Of a stretch of DNA of 64,000 nucleotides, positions 39,435 through 52,601 are shown piece by piece. Both the position numbers and the translations under genes were made by a program. Origin of the DNA: Dipteris shenzhenensis. Lineage: Eukaryota. The stretch is taken from the NCBI GenBank assembly GCA_047967505.1, contig CM106538.1; one strand, written 5' to 3'. The notes below the pieces were generated by a model, which was not told the origin of the DNA, did no database searches, and saw nothing but the letters and a program-made list of their open reading frames with translations. Numbering within the stretch: position 1 is the stretch's first letter; each line of letters starts with the position of its first letter.

Positions 39435-39596
39435 CTAAATCAAATTTGGGAGGCCACTGACACCCTAGCAGCCATGTGCATCATTTAACAGGGCTCTGGT
39501 CGCATGATGTCAAATTTAGGATTTCCAGGGGGGGTTTTGGCTTGAAAATGATGCACATGGTTGCTAGGGTGTTAGTGGCCTCCCAAATTTGATTAG
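39435..39596. repeat. Second related foldback, arms ~50 bp
   Basis: aatcaaatttgggaggccactgacaccctagcagccatgtgcatcattt ... aaatgatgcacatggttgctagggtgttagtggcctcccaaatttgatt. Confidence 0.9.
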
Positions 39597-41057
39597 AACT
39601 TTTTTTTTCCTAAATTACAAAACCATAACCCTAATTGTTTCCAAAAATTTAGGGGCAAGTGGCAGTGGCAGGATGTCGGGTTTAAAATCATAAAATTTGC
39701 TTGGGTTTCTATTCTAAACCCCAAACCCTATTTTTTATTCCCTACCAATTCAAGAAAAAGCAATGATTTTTGTTCCTAAAATGGAACCTAGAATTATACT
39801 GATGATTTTGGATCACATGATGAAGCTAGCAAAGCTACATACCTTTTCTACCTCATCGCAGAGTGTGCCAGCTACAGTGTCCAACTGGACTCCCTTTTGT
39901 GGTTGGTCTTGAACTTCATTTTAGCTTGAGGTGCTAGCTTCTTCATCTCTATCCCCGAACAATTCCCTCTTCAAATTCATGAACTACTCACATCAGACAT
40001 GTCGTACTCTGGTGTGGCATCTTCAATTGCCTTCTGTGTTAGTTGGATTGCCTCCAGATCGGTGAGGCTCGAGTCATCAAAGTGTGCAATCTCATCGATT
40101 GCTAGATTCACTAGAGCATCAAAGTCAATGACATCATCGAAAGTGTCAATTCGAGAGCCGACAGAGCACCTCGTCCTCTTGGAGACTGGTTTCTTCCATC
40201 ACTTCGGGTAAGGTGTTCCTCACCCTCAATCCTGATTGGATCAACCGAAGCAAGGTGTGGCTTGCTTGCTGCCTCATCTAGGTTATAGGTAGAGGATGGA
40301 TATGCACGAGTCAGATATGAAGATAAGATGACCTCGCTTTCAACTTACTCCTCAGCGAGGCTAATAGTATGCTCCTTAGGCTCTAAGTCTAGGTTTAGGT
40401 CATCTCCTCCACCACTTGTTGATGGACCTACTCCACCACTTGTGGATGCAGGACCCTTGGGTTGCTCGCCAATATCCTCATCAAGCTTGCTAGTCGCAAG
40501 GAGAATGGTAAGGGTTGCATCTCTCTCAATCAAATGAATTGGGGAAGATGAATCATCCCCAATGGTAATAGTGTACTCATGGAGAGAGATAGGGACATTA
40601 TCCATGGCCCTACCTAATCTCTTCTTGAAGTTAGCACTCTGGTCAAAATAGCTCAAAATATCCAATGAAACCCATTGGTGAGGGAGATAGCAATCGCGAC
40701 AGATTGCCCATGGATAAGTCTATCGAAAAATTGAAGAGAGGGATTATCAACAGGAAGAAGAGCACTCAAGTGTGACTCAAGATGGAATGCTTTGTAGAAG
40801 ATAGGATAAACCTGATCTGCAGAGGCATGGGAATCAATGGATGAAATCCACTAGTCAAAAGCCTCTCTAGGGGAAGCCATGAGTGTAGGAGGATGCTCGG
40901 GAAGATGAAAGAGGCCGGTTATGAAATGCAAGGTTACTCAAGACTGGAAAATTGAAAATGTGAAAATGACCTTAGAAGTGTACTTTATAAATGGATATTG
41001 CCCTTAAAAATGCTCTTAATTACAATATTTTTATATTTATTATTTTTTCTTTGGAAA

Positions 41058-41267
41058 GTCTCTCTCTCTCTCTCTCTCTCTCTCCCCTTAGCTATCTCCC
41101 TCTCCTCTCTCTCCCTTTCTCTTTGTCTCTCTCTTTGTCTCTCTCTCTCTCGTTGCCCTTAGCTATCTCCCTCTCTCTCTCTCTCTCTCATAGACCCACA
41201 AGGTCTTCTGAGGATGTTATTATATCTTTCTTTCTTTCCCTTCCTTTGTGTCCCTCATTGCTCTCTT

Positions 41268-41316
<49 letters not shown>

Positions 41317-41380
41317 CCCCTCCTCTCCCTTGCTCTCTCTCTGTCTCTCTATCTCTTTCCCTCCCCTTGTGTCCCTATTG

Positions 41381-41424
<44 letters not shown>

Positions 41425-41965
41425 CCTCACACCCGATGATCATCTTGTTGCCATGTTGCCCTTAGCTATCTATGTCATGGACATTGATTTTACATATACA
41501 CTTTTTGTATTTTGTTAGCGGCTCCACCCTTTGGATTAGTTGTACATGGGTTTTTTTTCAATCTCATAGTCTCTCAAAGACCTTAATTAACTTTCTTATT
41601 TTTCTCTTTCTCAACTTAGAGGTGCAAATGAATAAATGCAATCTTAACTCTCTCTCTTTTCCCATTCTCTACCTCTCTCTCTCTCTATCCCACTCTCCAT
41701 CTCTCTCTTTCTGTCCTCGTCTCCATTGTCATGGACATTGATTTCATGTATACAATTTTTGTATTTTGTTAGCGGATCCACCCTTTGGATCAGTTGTATC
41801 TGGGTTTTTCTTCAATCTCGTACTCTCAAAGACCTTAATTAACTTTCATATTTTTCTCTTTCTCAACTTAGAGGTTCAAATGAATAAATGCAATCTTAAC
41901 TCTCTCTGTCTCCCTTTGTATCCCTCCCCCTCCCTTTGTCTCTTTCTCCCTTTGTGTCCCTGACT

Positions 41966-41997
<32 letters not shown>

Positions 41998-42057
41998 GTC
42001 ATACATCTAACTTTGTCTCATGGCCAGGTGCATTATTTGTGTCGCTTATTGTACTCT

Positions 42058-42118
<61 letters not shown>
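41058..42118. repeat. (CT)n microsatellite cluster with a ~255-bp-period internal duplication
   Basis: Long ctctct runs. tgtcatggacattgattt...ctcaaagaccttaattaacttt...gaataaatgcaatcttaactctctct occurs at ~41473 and ~41727. Confidence 0.9.
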
Positions 42119-42121
<3 letters not shown>

Positions 42122-43196
42122 TGCTCTAATTGCTATCTATCTCGAGATCACACACTCTCTATCTTGCACAATATAGATATACAAATACCCACACAAATTT
42201 AAAATTACAAATATTTATCGCTTTATCATTCATAGACCATAGAGAGCCATCCATCTAGAGGTCAATACTTAATTTTAAAAATATTAATAATAAATGAAAC
42301 AACACTTTGTATTATATATGATTTCTATTCATACATGTAGCAATGCCTTATTACCAAGTGCATTGATGAAGCACTAAGGATCCAAGAAACTAGATATCAT
42401 ATGAAATACCTGCCATCATGTCTCTACTATCTCTAGAGTATGGGGAGGGCAACAATTCTTACAAAGGATACTTGTCTCATCCTTATATCTAACTTTGTGA
42501 TTATCAAGTCTAAAATAATAGTCTTGGGGAGGGCTTGCTATTGCCAACTACAATTCTTCCCTGATAAATCACATGGTCCACTTATCTTCCAATTCCAACA
42601 TTAGATCAGGATGTCCTTGCCGCAATAAATTGATACCTCGACAATAGGACTGTGAGTCCCATCACGCATATCATCATCCATTGCTTCCCATTGAAGGTTC
42701 TTCCATCTAAACCTTCTATATGTGAAAGTCATGCAGAGATTTGCCTTCCAATGCAATGCCTGCAAAATTTGGGATCTATCAATACATAGTATCCTTATCA
42801 TTTTTTATACAAACAAGAATTGTAAGATTTGCTCACTGAAATGTCACATCTGAAGTGTTCAATCGACATTGTGCTAAATCTTCAGCATGACATGTTCTTG
42901 TTGTCCATCCATTGTCAAATGGCTTAGATAGCCAGTCCATTTCTAAGCTCTTCCAAGTGTAAGTAATCTTTGTTTTCCTTAATTGCCTACAACTTTTTTA
43001 TTGTAAACCACCAATGATGTTTTTTGGGGTATTTTGAAAAAAAAACTGAAATTTTCCCTAGATTTGGGGAGCTTCTATTATAAAGAAGTCCACATGGCAT
43101 AATCTCCTTCATGGATACCATATTCCCTTACCCAAGCCTCTAATATTTTAGTAATTCTCCAAAGGGCCCCTTTTTTAGTCCAAATTTTTTGTAATG

Positions 43197-43291
43197 TGTG
43201 AGGCAAAATGCAAGGCCTGAAGGTAGCATGGCCGAGGGTTGGTTGGTACAAGAGTCAGTTGTATATATTTCTAAGTTTCTTGTTGATGCAG
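43197..43291 (+). pseudogene. CACTA/EnSpm transposase fragment, left of the insertion
   Basis: VRQNARPEGSMAEGWLVQESVVYISKFLVDA. RPEGSxAEG is the En/Spm Tnp2 signature. Confidence 0.85.
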
Positions 43292-43692
43292 CATTAGGGA
43301 AAAAGGGAACTCATTTTGGGGCCTTGTAAGAGATTCACTATTTTTTGATTTATTTCTCTCCTAAAAGACCTCAAAATAAGTAAAATACGAAAACGTGGCT
43401 CAGAACTATCAGTAAGGACTACAGAATTGTCAATTCAAAAAGGAATAAGATAATCTTTTGTCTGAATAACACGATTTTGCATTAAATATCTCCTTAGATT
43501 TTTTTTTGTTTACCAAAGATTCCGCATCTCTTTTGCCAACGTGTGCAGGCCTTTCATAAAGAATCCATCACTGAACTTGGTGATTGCAAGTTTTCAAAAT
43601 ATTCACATGGATACCACCACAGTTTCACGATTCATGTTACAAAACGACTATGAGATTGAAAAACAAACTTCGCAACCTCAGAAGCACAAAAA

Positions 43693-46427
43693 ATGGCCGA
43701 TACTAGTGAGTCACTATCTCAGAAGAAGCGATTACACCATCTTCACATCGACTTAGAAGAACAATATGCTCCAGCACAAAAAAGACGAAAGGATACGGTG
43801 CTGAATGCTCAACAGCGGGAAAATATGAGAAGAGAAGGGCTTCAACATATTGACTTATGGTGCGATGGAAGCATATATCCAAAATGTCAAGTAAAAAACT
43901 CTACACCTCCATTTGTCAATCCCACCACATTACTGAGGTTTGCCGGCAATGGACAAAATAGACTTCTTGGTTATATTTCAGCGCACTCTGCATTTGCGAA
44001 AACGTATAAAATGATGTACCTATAAGAAAAGGGGGCCAAGATGCAGGAGATAGCCATTCATGCAAAATTGGAGCAGCAGTTGCAGAATGAAATTGAGGAG
44101 CATTCAAAGAGTAAAAAAGAGTTGACAAGAGCAAGAAAGAAGAGAACCATGCTTGGAGACAGACTACGTAGCAGGAAGATTAAAAACATTGCAAATTTGA
44201 AGGCTGGGACTGGTGGATGCAAGCAACTAATTCAGGAAGCAAGGTTAGATTGAAATTTATCATTTTGTATACTCAAAAAGGCTCTCAAATGACAATATCT
44301 ATTTCATCGATTATCGCAAAACAAGAATGGAGGTGCTAAATGATATAGGCATATTGTGTTGTTACTACAGGAAATTATTGGAGCCTGCAAAAGAAAATAT
44401 GGACCCAAACCTTCTTCTTGTTAAACAAATGAAAGGATTGCTTTCTTGCGGTGTAGCAAAAGGTTTGATTGAGGAAAAAAAATACAAAACAGTCAAACGC
44501 AATGTTGTAGAGGAATTTGTATCCAATAATCAAGTTGATGGCACTATAATCCAAGAGGCTCTTGATGTTAGTGTAGTCAGCAGGAAGGGATATAGTTCGA
44601 ATTTCCATGCGATATCCTCAACTTTGAAAGATCAAAGGATTAAACGAGTTTTACTACCAAATCCAGCAACCATGTGGAGGATAAGAGGTCATTTGAATGA
44701 AAGTATAGATGAATTTATTGGGCAATATATCCATATTAAAGAAATATTTCATGGTGGTAAAGGAACCACTATGTATGATCCTTGGAATAATATATTTGTA
44801 GATCTACAACAACTTCAAAGAAGAATGGTCGAGCTTTATGGAATAACATTTGAGAAGTGCAAAGGCATTTTGAAATTTGTTATCAAACTGGATGAGTGTG
44901 AGGTTGTAAAGGAAAAGAAAATGGAAAGAGTTGCTATTACATTGATGAATGGAGCAATTGATACATCATTGACTGAAGCGAGTTTGAAGTATTTTAGTGT
45001 GCAGTCAGAGAAACACATATGGTGGTTAGGCTCGTTCCAGGTATGATCATTTTTTGTTTTATACTTGATTTTGGTCATTGTTTTCAAATCTGTTATAGTA
45101 AGACTTTTGTTTTCTATAATCTGGTAGGTGAAGATAGAAGACCATGAAACACTAGATTGGGTGTTTCACCACACAAAAATACCAAGAATAATCAAAAGAC
45201 AAGTGCAAGGCGAGAATCTCCATGTTGCAAGAAAAGGTGATTTTCAAGTAGAGTGGCACATGGCCGGGGATCTTAAAACACTTAAGTGCATGTATAACAT
45301 TAGTAAAGGAGGAAACTCAAAGTCTCCTTGTCTTTACTACAAAGAATCAACTCAAGTAATGGATTCAAAATGGTGGAAGAGAGCACCTAATAGAGATAAA
45401 TTTGACCCTGACTTCAAGGCCATTCTAGACATTCCACTATGTAATGTTCACATCTACACATTGCATGGTCTATGTCAAATTATTGAGAAATTGGTATTTT
45501 TATATATTGGATTTGCTTGGAAACTCCGTCCCAAAAATAATAGAAAGGATGCTCTTCAAGCATTGGAAAAAGTGTTATCCGATATAGGTCTGCATGGAGG
45601 AGATGTTGAAATCACAAAGGATTTTAAAAAGTCTATCAATGGCAAGGAGGTACCAATCAAGCCCTCTATTGGTGGTGTTAAGGCAAGAAGATTCTTGTCT
45701 CGACCCAAACACAGTAAGCAAGTAAGGCAAGGTAGAACAATTTTAAAGATTAATTATGGATTGTGGAAGCAAGTCCATAATGCTGTGAAAGATCATGAGG
45801 CAGATGGGGAAGCACGAAATAGGAAGGTAGAGGTGTGGAGGTCTCTTGATCAACTCTTCATGTTCTGTGACAAAGTAACATGGACAAAGAGTGATTACAA
45901 GAACTTTGAGGAGGCAATTAAACATTTTGGGAAGTCAATGAAAGACGCATGAACAGCCTGCAATATAACTCACTACATGGTAAGGTTCTGTCTTTTTCTT
46001 TTACTTAAGTGTGATCCTCTTTTTTTTATTACTTACTATGCATTCTTATGTCTTACAGCATATCATCTACAACCACCTTCCCTATTTTATCAAAAAGTAT
46101 GGATGCCCAGCAATTTGGTCTATCCAAGGCATGGAGAAGTCTCACTACATGGCACGTAATGCATTTTTCAGACACACACAACACTATGGAGGGAGTCAGA
46201 AGGCAAATAGTCTGAAGGAAGTCTTCCAATGGTTTTACCGAGGCATACTACAGAGGCTGCATGCTAAAAGAAAAGTTGCTAGCTCCAAAATCAAGCTTGC
46301 TTTTCTTCTAGCCCAAAAGCAAAGACGAAGACAAACTCTAGACAATTCAATGGCAGCAGAGAGACGTAGACAATGGAGGGAATCGAAGATATTTAGAAAC
46401 CATAAATGGACAAGTAAACATGAATAG
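43693..46427 (+). pseudogene. RAG1/Transib/Chapaev-like DDE transposase, intron-containing, disrupted
   Basis: FVIKLDE (D1); HMAGDLKTL (D2); SPCLYY (eroded CxxC); IYTLHGL; spliced ITHYM|HIIYNHLPYFIKKYGCPAIWSIQGMEKSH (HxxxxH and catalytic E). Introns at 45041-45127 and 45980-46058; in-frame TGA at 45950-45952. Confidence 0.8.
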
Positions 46428-46749
46428 GACTCATTTGTAACTTATTGGTGTTATGTCCACATGTTTTCAAACTCAATCAATAGAATTTTTTTTTGTGGAA
46501 CAACTGACTCTTGGTGTTATGCATCAAAAGTATTTCTTTTGTGAAACATATGATCTAAACGTAATACAATTTGTTCACAATTTCAATATATTGTTTGTTT
46601 AATATTTAACGACACCACTCTATCTAAATGTACAAATCATTTCATCTTCAACTTATTGTTCATTTATACAAGATCATACCAGATCAATGACTTTGTACAA
46701 ATCAGTTCAACTTTAATATAATGTTTGTGCTATATTTGATGACTAAATC

Positions 46750-47700
46750 CTATTTCTCCCAGGGCCTGCCGATCGGAACTCTCTTTTTGATCTTGATTGG
46801 AGTCTTTTTCTTCTTTATTGGCTTGATGTCGACTGTTTGTTTATCAATGCTTGCCTCTGTTGCTTGTCTGGGAGGGGTATCCTTTTCTTTAGCTGTCTCC
46901 ATCTGTTCTTCTTCTTGGATTGTGTGGCCTGATGCAATCATGGGTGGCTCTCGAAACGTTATGAGCTTGTGTTTTCCCTAGCCCTCCAGACATTTGGGCT
47001 CCTTAACACCACATGCTAATGCATACAAAAAAGTAAGCAGCCCTAGAGGCCTGCTTATCCACATAATCTCCAAATATATCTATGGCAGACAACCTCTCTA
47101 TCAAAATGATCTTTTCCTTTTGCCATGAAAGATCATGTCCACCTAAAGCCCAGGACAAACATTTTAAGAAGTAAACAATGGCTTCTCCATTGTTGCTCAA
47201 CTGCCTATGGTAAATCAAGATCTTAGCACTACCTAGATCATGAATATAATGAGCTAGGCCTGACATTTTGCGAAACCCAACCGGCCTGCTTCCACTTGAT
47301 CTCTGGAGGAATGTGTCATCCTCAATTTGTAGCTGCCACATATCAAAAGATTGGAGTGAGACAATACACAACCTACAAAACAAAGTTAAGCAGAAGACAA
47401 AGTATTTGATTTGAAGTACCTTCTCATTTTCATCAGCAACAAGCAGTTCATCTTTCCAAAGATTTATTCCTCTCCCCTCTTGTCCAGCCTCTTCTTTAGG
47501 CTTTTCTGTGTATAGTGCTGAGAGATTTATAGCTTCCTGTGTGAGCTGGAAGGCAGCTTCATATGGCTCTTGGAACTTTTCAGCCTCTTTGAAACAAAAA
47601 GTAAGGGCCTCTGTAGGATCAAAAATTGTTTCCAAAGCTAGTAGGATGGAAGAAATATATGTCAAAAAACATTGAAAACAATCTAGAATTCTGACCTTTT
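46750..47700 (-). pseudogene. Unknown cargo gene of the TIR element, convergent with the transposase
   Basis: ORFs 47003-47665 and 46750-46941 with probable short introns and a Lys-rich C-terminus. No domain recognised. Confidence 0.45.
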
Positions 47701-48944
47701 TTTTCCTTTTCCATGCTGTTGGAGTTGCACTGGTGAATCTCCTACTCTTTCACTAACTTTAACTCTGCACTCTAGGTAACCTGAAGATCTGGCAGTGGTA
47801 GTAGTCTTCAGGCAGGTTGCAGTCTGGATGGAGTGTGCTGGGTAGGAAAGGATCAGAGAGAGAAGGAAATGGAAGATGCGAGGGTCGTGGCAGGGATGAA
47901 AGATTGGGAGGTAGGGGAGGGAAGAGTGGTTGTGGAATTGATTACAAAATCATGAATGGCACAAGTTCCAAGGCATAAAGTGTACCTTTCACATGTGCCA
48001 AATTTCAAACTCCAAGAGATCTGGGTCCCATCCACACGTGTGAAAAACGACTACATTCCACATGTGTGGGATTGCCTTATTTGTATTTTGCACTTATTTG
48101 TGGTATCCTGTTTCAGCCCTCTTGCCCTCCAGTCTCTGCTCTCTTGCCTCCCTACCTCCATACTCTGCAACATCAGCATCCTGACCAGTAGCACAGGGTA
48201 CTCATCAGCAGCACAGCACATCCACAGATAGATTTCAGGTCAGTAACAATGGGTTCTTCCCTCAGTCTCTGCAATCTTCTTGCCTACCATAGAAACAATC
48301 CATCCTGCATGGAAATGCATAGAATCATTCCATATTTTATTTAGTTGTCAAGACAGAGAAATCACTGTAGGAATGCAGATCTTCAAGTGTGATATTTGCA
48401 TGTGAGGGTAAAACTATACTTATGGGTTCTTCCTTCAGTCTATGCACACTTCTTGCCTTCCATAGACTCAATCCATCCTGCATGGACATGCAAACACCTT
48501 CAAATGACTGAAGGCATATTCCAGCATGCTGCCTCATGAATTTGCAGAAAAACGCGAGGAGAAGGCCTTAGGAATTTCAAACAGCTGAAATCGCGTTTTG
48601 TTGCAAATATTGAAATGTTGCTTCATCCACCCCTGTCATTCTGGTTTTGTGACTTCCATAGCTATCCATGGCTCTACTCTTCTTGCATAAACTCCATTCA
48701 TACTGTATTTAGTTGTAAAGATAGGGAAATCACTATAGGAATGCACCATGGTGCATGTCATTTCAGGAATTTGTAGGAAAACGCGATTTGGACCTGTTAG
48801 GAATTTCAAACTCCTCGTATCGCGTTTTATTGCAAATTTTTCTATGTTGCTTCATCCACCCCTGTGATTGCCTTTTTTTTGTCAAAACATGTTCTCCATG
48901 TCTGTAATCTCTTTCCATTGCTTTGTATGCAGTGTGTTAGAGTG

Positions 48945-51078
48945 ATGGCAAGAACCAAGTCAACTACAAGGAAAGCTGGCAAAGGGCCAAGGCTTGCAGC
49001 AACAGCAGCTGGGGTAGGTACCAAGAAATTTAGTGTGCCTCCAAAGGGAAGAGCTGCACATGGCAGGAAGGGTAAGCCAATGAGCCTGCTCAAGCAAAAG
49101 GCAAGAGATTGAATCATGGTGCAGGTGTGCTAAGGGAGATCAGGAAGCAACAGAAAGCTATAGGCTTTGCAATCCCCAAGGCACCTTTAAGTTGGCACCT
49201 TGGGTTCAGGTGGAACAGAACTGCCATTCTTTCCTTACAGGAAATGGCAGAGGATTACTTGAAAAAATATTTTGAAGATGCAATGCTGGTAGCAGCCCAT
49301 GCTCACAAGGTGACTTTGATGGCCAAAGACTTCAACACTTTGTCCAGAGTGAGATGGAGGTATGACAAGCTTGTTCATCCTGTGGAATGGCAGAACATAA
49401 AGATGAGAGACATATTGTTAATTCCACCTACAAGGAAGTTAAAAGTAGATAAGGTTAAGGTTGTTGAAGTAACCCACTCAAAGAACATCAGAGGGAAGAC
49501 TGCTTATGAGGAGTCACTGAAGCAGCAAATAAAAGAAACAAAATTTGTTATAGATGTGGAGACTGGAAAGAGGGAGCTACAGATACATAGAAGGTTGTAG
49601 GAGCTGGGCCCTAATATAGTTGTCCATATTGAGGATGAATTTTTAGTGAATGATTTTGACTTAACAAAACCATGCTTGGCAACATTGGCTCATAAGAATG
49701 AGTATTGCTCAGATACTATCATTCTTGCAATGCTCTAGTAAGTGTCTATTATTTTACATTTTTTGCAAAAACAATCCTCCTTGTACCTCCTTTATACCCT
49801 ACCCTAATTATTTTTTGGTCCTATGCAGCATGATGAGAAGCTGGATTCACCCCTCTGTACAGCATACAGTCCATATTATTGATCTTGCCATTTCTTCTAA
49901 ATTAAGAGATGCAAAGGAAACTCCCATCAGTATTTCCAACTGGTTCAGACACTGCAATTTTGAAGTAATTGATGTTTTGCTACTTCCATACCATAACAGG
50001 TATGTGGGTGACTACTTCTTTTAAAATTCTTCTTTAAGATTGAGAACTCTTGTAGCCTTTGATTTCCTAATGCTTTTTCTCTTATGCAGTGACCACTGGA
50101 GTTTTGTTTCTATTGACATCCAGCAGAAGCAATGCTTTATATTCAACTCTCTTAAAAACACACACAAAGAGTTGAAATTGTAAGTGCTGTGTGTGCTTTT
50201 TGAACTTAAAACTTCATTATTTTGATATCATACTAACTAAATTATACATATTGCAGTTATATTAGAAGGCTTTTAGATGCATTGGATCACTATCCTCCCA
50301 ATGTCTCTCTTTTGGATTTCAATAGAGCCAATAAATCTAGAGGTAAAAAGTCGTTCCCTCTACTGATGTCTATTTCATGCTATGTCTTTGAACTTATTGA
50401 ATAATTTTGTTTTGTTTAGATGTTAACAATTTCTAACATATCTTTCCAACTATACAGACACCACAACAAGATGATTCAAGTAGTTGCGGATGGAGAGTGT
50501 TGATCAGTGCCAAATATCTACTTTCAAGCTATTTTGAGAAAGAACAGCCAGACCTTGTAAGAAAAACTAATTTTCATTTAGCTTGAAGATAATTCATAAT
50601 GATACAAAGTGTTCTAAATTATCATATGCCATTGCAGATGAAAGAAGATAGCTTCAGCTCAAACTATGTATATAATTTTAGAGCTCATACAATTTGCAGG
50701 TTTTTGAGCTATGCCTCCCCAAACTTATTGTACCAGCTACTGTGGAGTTGGGTGAGAGCTCTAAAGTATAAGAAGGTGTCATACACCTTGATGCCACAGA
50801 TGAAGCACCTAGTGCTGAGGAGGAGAAGCCACAGGAGCAAGCACCTAGTGCTGAGGAGGAGAAGCCACAGGAGCAAGGACCTGCTGCTGATGTTGTTGAG
50901 GAGAAGATGGAGCAGCAACAAACAGATGCTCCTTGGGCAGTGGAGGAGACAATGGAGTAGCACCAACATACTGTACAGGATAGGATGGAGCCAGCAGAAA
51001 AAAGATTCTCCAAAAAATGATGATAGGGAGATCTTGGACCATGTAGAGCAACCTCTGGATCAAGCTGTACATAAGTAG
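48945..51078 (+). pseudogene. Histone H3-like domain fused to a Ulp1-type (peptidase C48) SUMO-protease domain and an acidic tail
   Basis: MARTKSTTRKAG..., then after a frameshift GAGVLREIRKQQK...FRWNRTAILSLQEMAEDYLKKYFEDAMLVAAHAHKVTLMAKDF. Downstream spliced exons read LLLPYHN|SDHWSFVSIDIQQKQCFIFNSL and TPQQDDSSSCGWRV, ending in an E-rich tail. Confidence 0.85.
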
Positions 51079-51278
51079 AAAATGGATGTCAGAAATATGT
51101 TCTACATGTTTAACTAAACACTTATGTACAAAATCTTACTTGATTGAATACAAAACCTTTGTTTATGGAGTCTGTGTTATCTCAATTTTCAAAATTTCAA
51201 TGTCTTTGCATTTTATTGAGCTCTCTCTTCTTTTGAGCAACTGCAAAAAAGCAATATGAATCAGAGCGATAAAGTAAA

Positions 51279-52601
51279 CTAATAGCAATGCTTAATGAGA
51301 CTAGGATAAATTAGATGGTGTACCTTTTTGTTGTTGTAGATAAATAAAAAGTCGTTTGAAATAGAACCTTCTGTCTCAAACAGAATGTCATTGTGCAATT
51401 GAGCTAGGGAGCAACATTCTCTTAATGAGATCTTGACTAGCACATCACCATTCTCAACAACATCAATATCAAGAAGTTTATTTTCTGCACCAAAAGAATC
51501 TTCATCTTGATCCATTGGGACTAGTTTTGTGCCTAGCATTCGACTGCACTTGTAATAAAAAGAGAAAATAAAATTTTGTGATGCAACCATGTACTTCAGT
51601 TGCATAGAAGGTTGGACAACCTCACAAAACACTGAACTACATGTCTTCTTATCCCAACCTTTATCCAAAAATTATGGCATGCATGCCGAACTTGTTGCTT
51701 TAACTGTGAACATTGTTTTTGAAACCTTCACTGGAAAGGATTAAATAAGTCCACAAAGACTGTGAGAGGCATGCATAAAGAAATTTTTATTATCCTTGTG
51801 GCAATATTGGGCCTCAGAGCTTTTTGTACTTCTTTGAAAAGCTTGGCCCTATATGCCTCTGTAACACTAGAATGTGGGTGAGGCCAATCCACTGAATTCC
51901 ATGTCGGAAGGTCTTGTTTTATTAACACACCATGTGTGTTAGCATTGTCCAGCAACTGATAAAAATGATCAGTAAAAAATATACCCGATTGAGCTAGCTC
52001 TGTTGCACATCGACCTTGGTATTGTTGTTCTCCTATCAATCCATGCAGAACATCTATAAATCCCAGAATACAATCGATGTTTTGCCATGTCTCATACGAT
52101 GAAGGATATAAATCTGAAATAAAACAACACAAGAATGTCAATAAGCAAAGAGAGAAAGCTTCATCTTAAAAATCCATACACCTCGTAAAGAAAAAAAACA
52201 CAATAGAAAAATATACAATTAGGCCTGTGTTGCGGAGGATCTTTTGGATAGTCTTGCAAGACAACTTCTTTATGCATGTACACGTGCTGAATCAAAACTT
52301 CTTTCACGGATATCTTCCCTCTGGTGATTTTAAAATCTCGTACTCTTCCCTTCCATGATGCCAAGAAAATGTTTTTTGTCTGGGGTCTTTTTCTTTTGCT
52401 AGGTTGCATGAGCACCCATGCTCCTTTCGAAACACTAAACCTTTCCCAAGTTCCTTCCGTTTTGACTGTACTTGAATTCTCTACCAATGAAATAGAAGAA
52501 GCAGGTCGACGGGGTAAGGATGTGTGGTATAATTCTGCCTTCATAGCATTATCATCCACAGAGCGTCTTCCACAAGAACGGCCATGGTTTTTATTCACCA
52601 T
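51279..52601 (-). pseudogene. BAH-domain-like cargo gene
   Basis: FSVSKGAWVLMQ...WKGRVRDF...VLIQHVYMHKEV...(intron)..LYPSSYETWQNIDCILGFIDVL...IFFTDHFY follows the BAH pattern. A paralog lies at 19858-21005. Confidence 0.55.

Larger units (their letters stand above)
38472..40730 (-). pseudogene. Fragments of an unidentified degenerate coding gene with a hairpin-filled intervening region
   Basis: Protein-like minus-strand ORFs at 38472-38873 and 40345-40665, plus acidic remnants at ~39840-40330. No domain recognised. Confidence 0.3.

Noticed and set aside
40991-42202. SLSLSL and RERERE ORFs
   Set aside because: Artefacts of the (CT)n microsatellites.
48945-49600. Canonical histone H3 or CENH3 host gene
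   Set aside because: It is frameshifted, very divergent, extended into a protease domain, and lies inside transposon TIRs.
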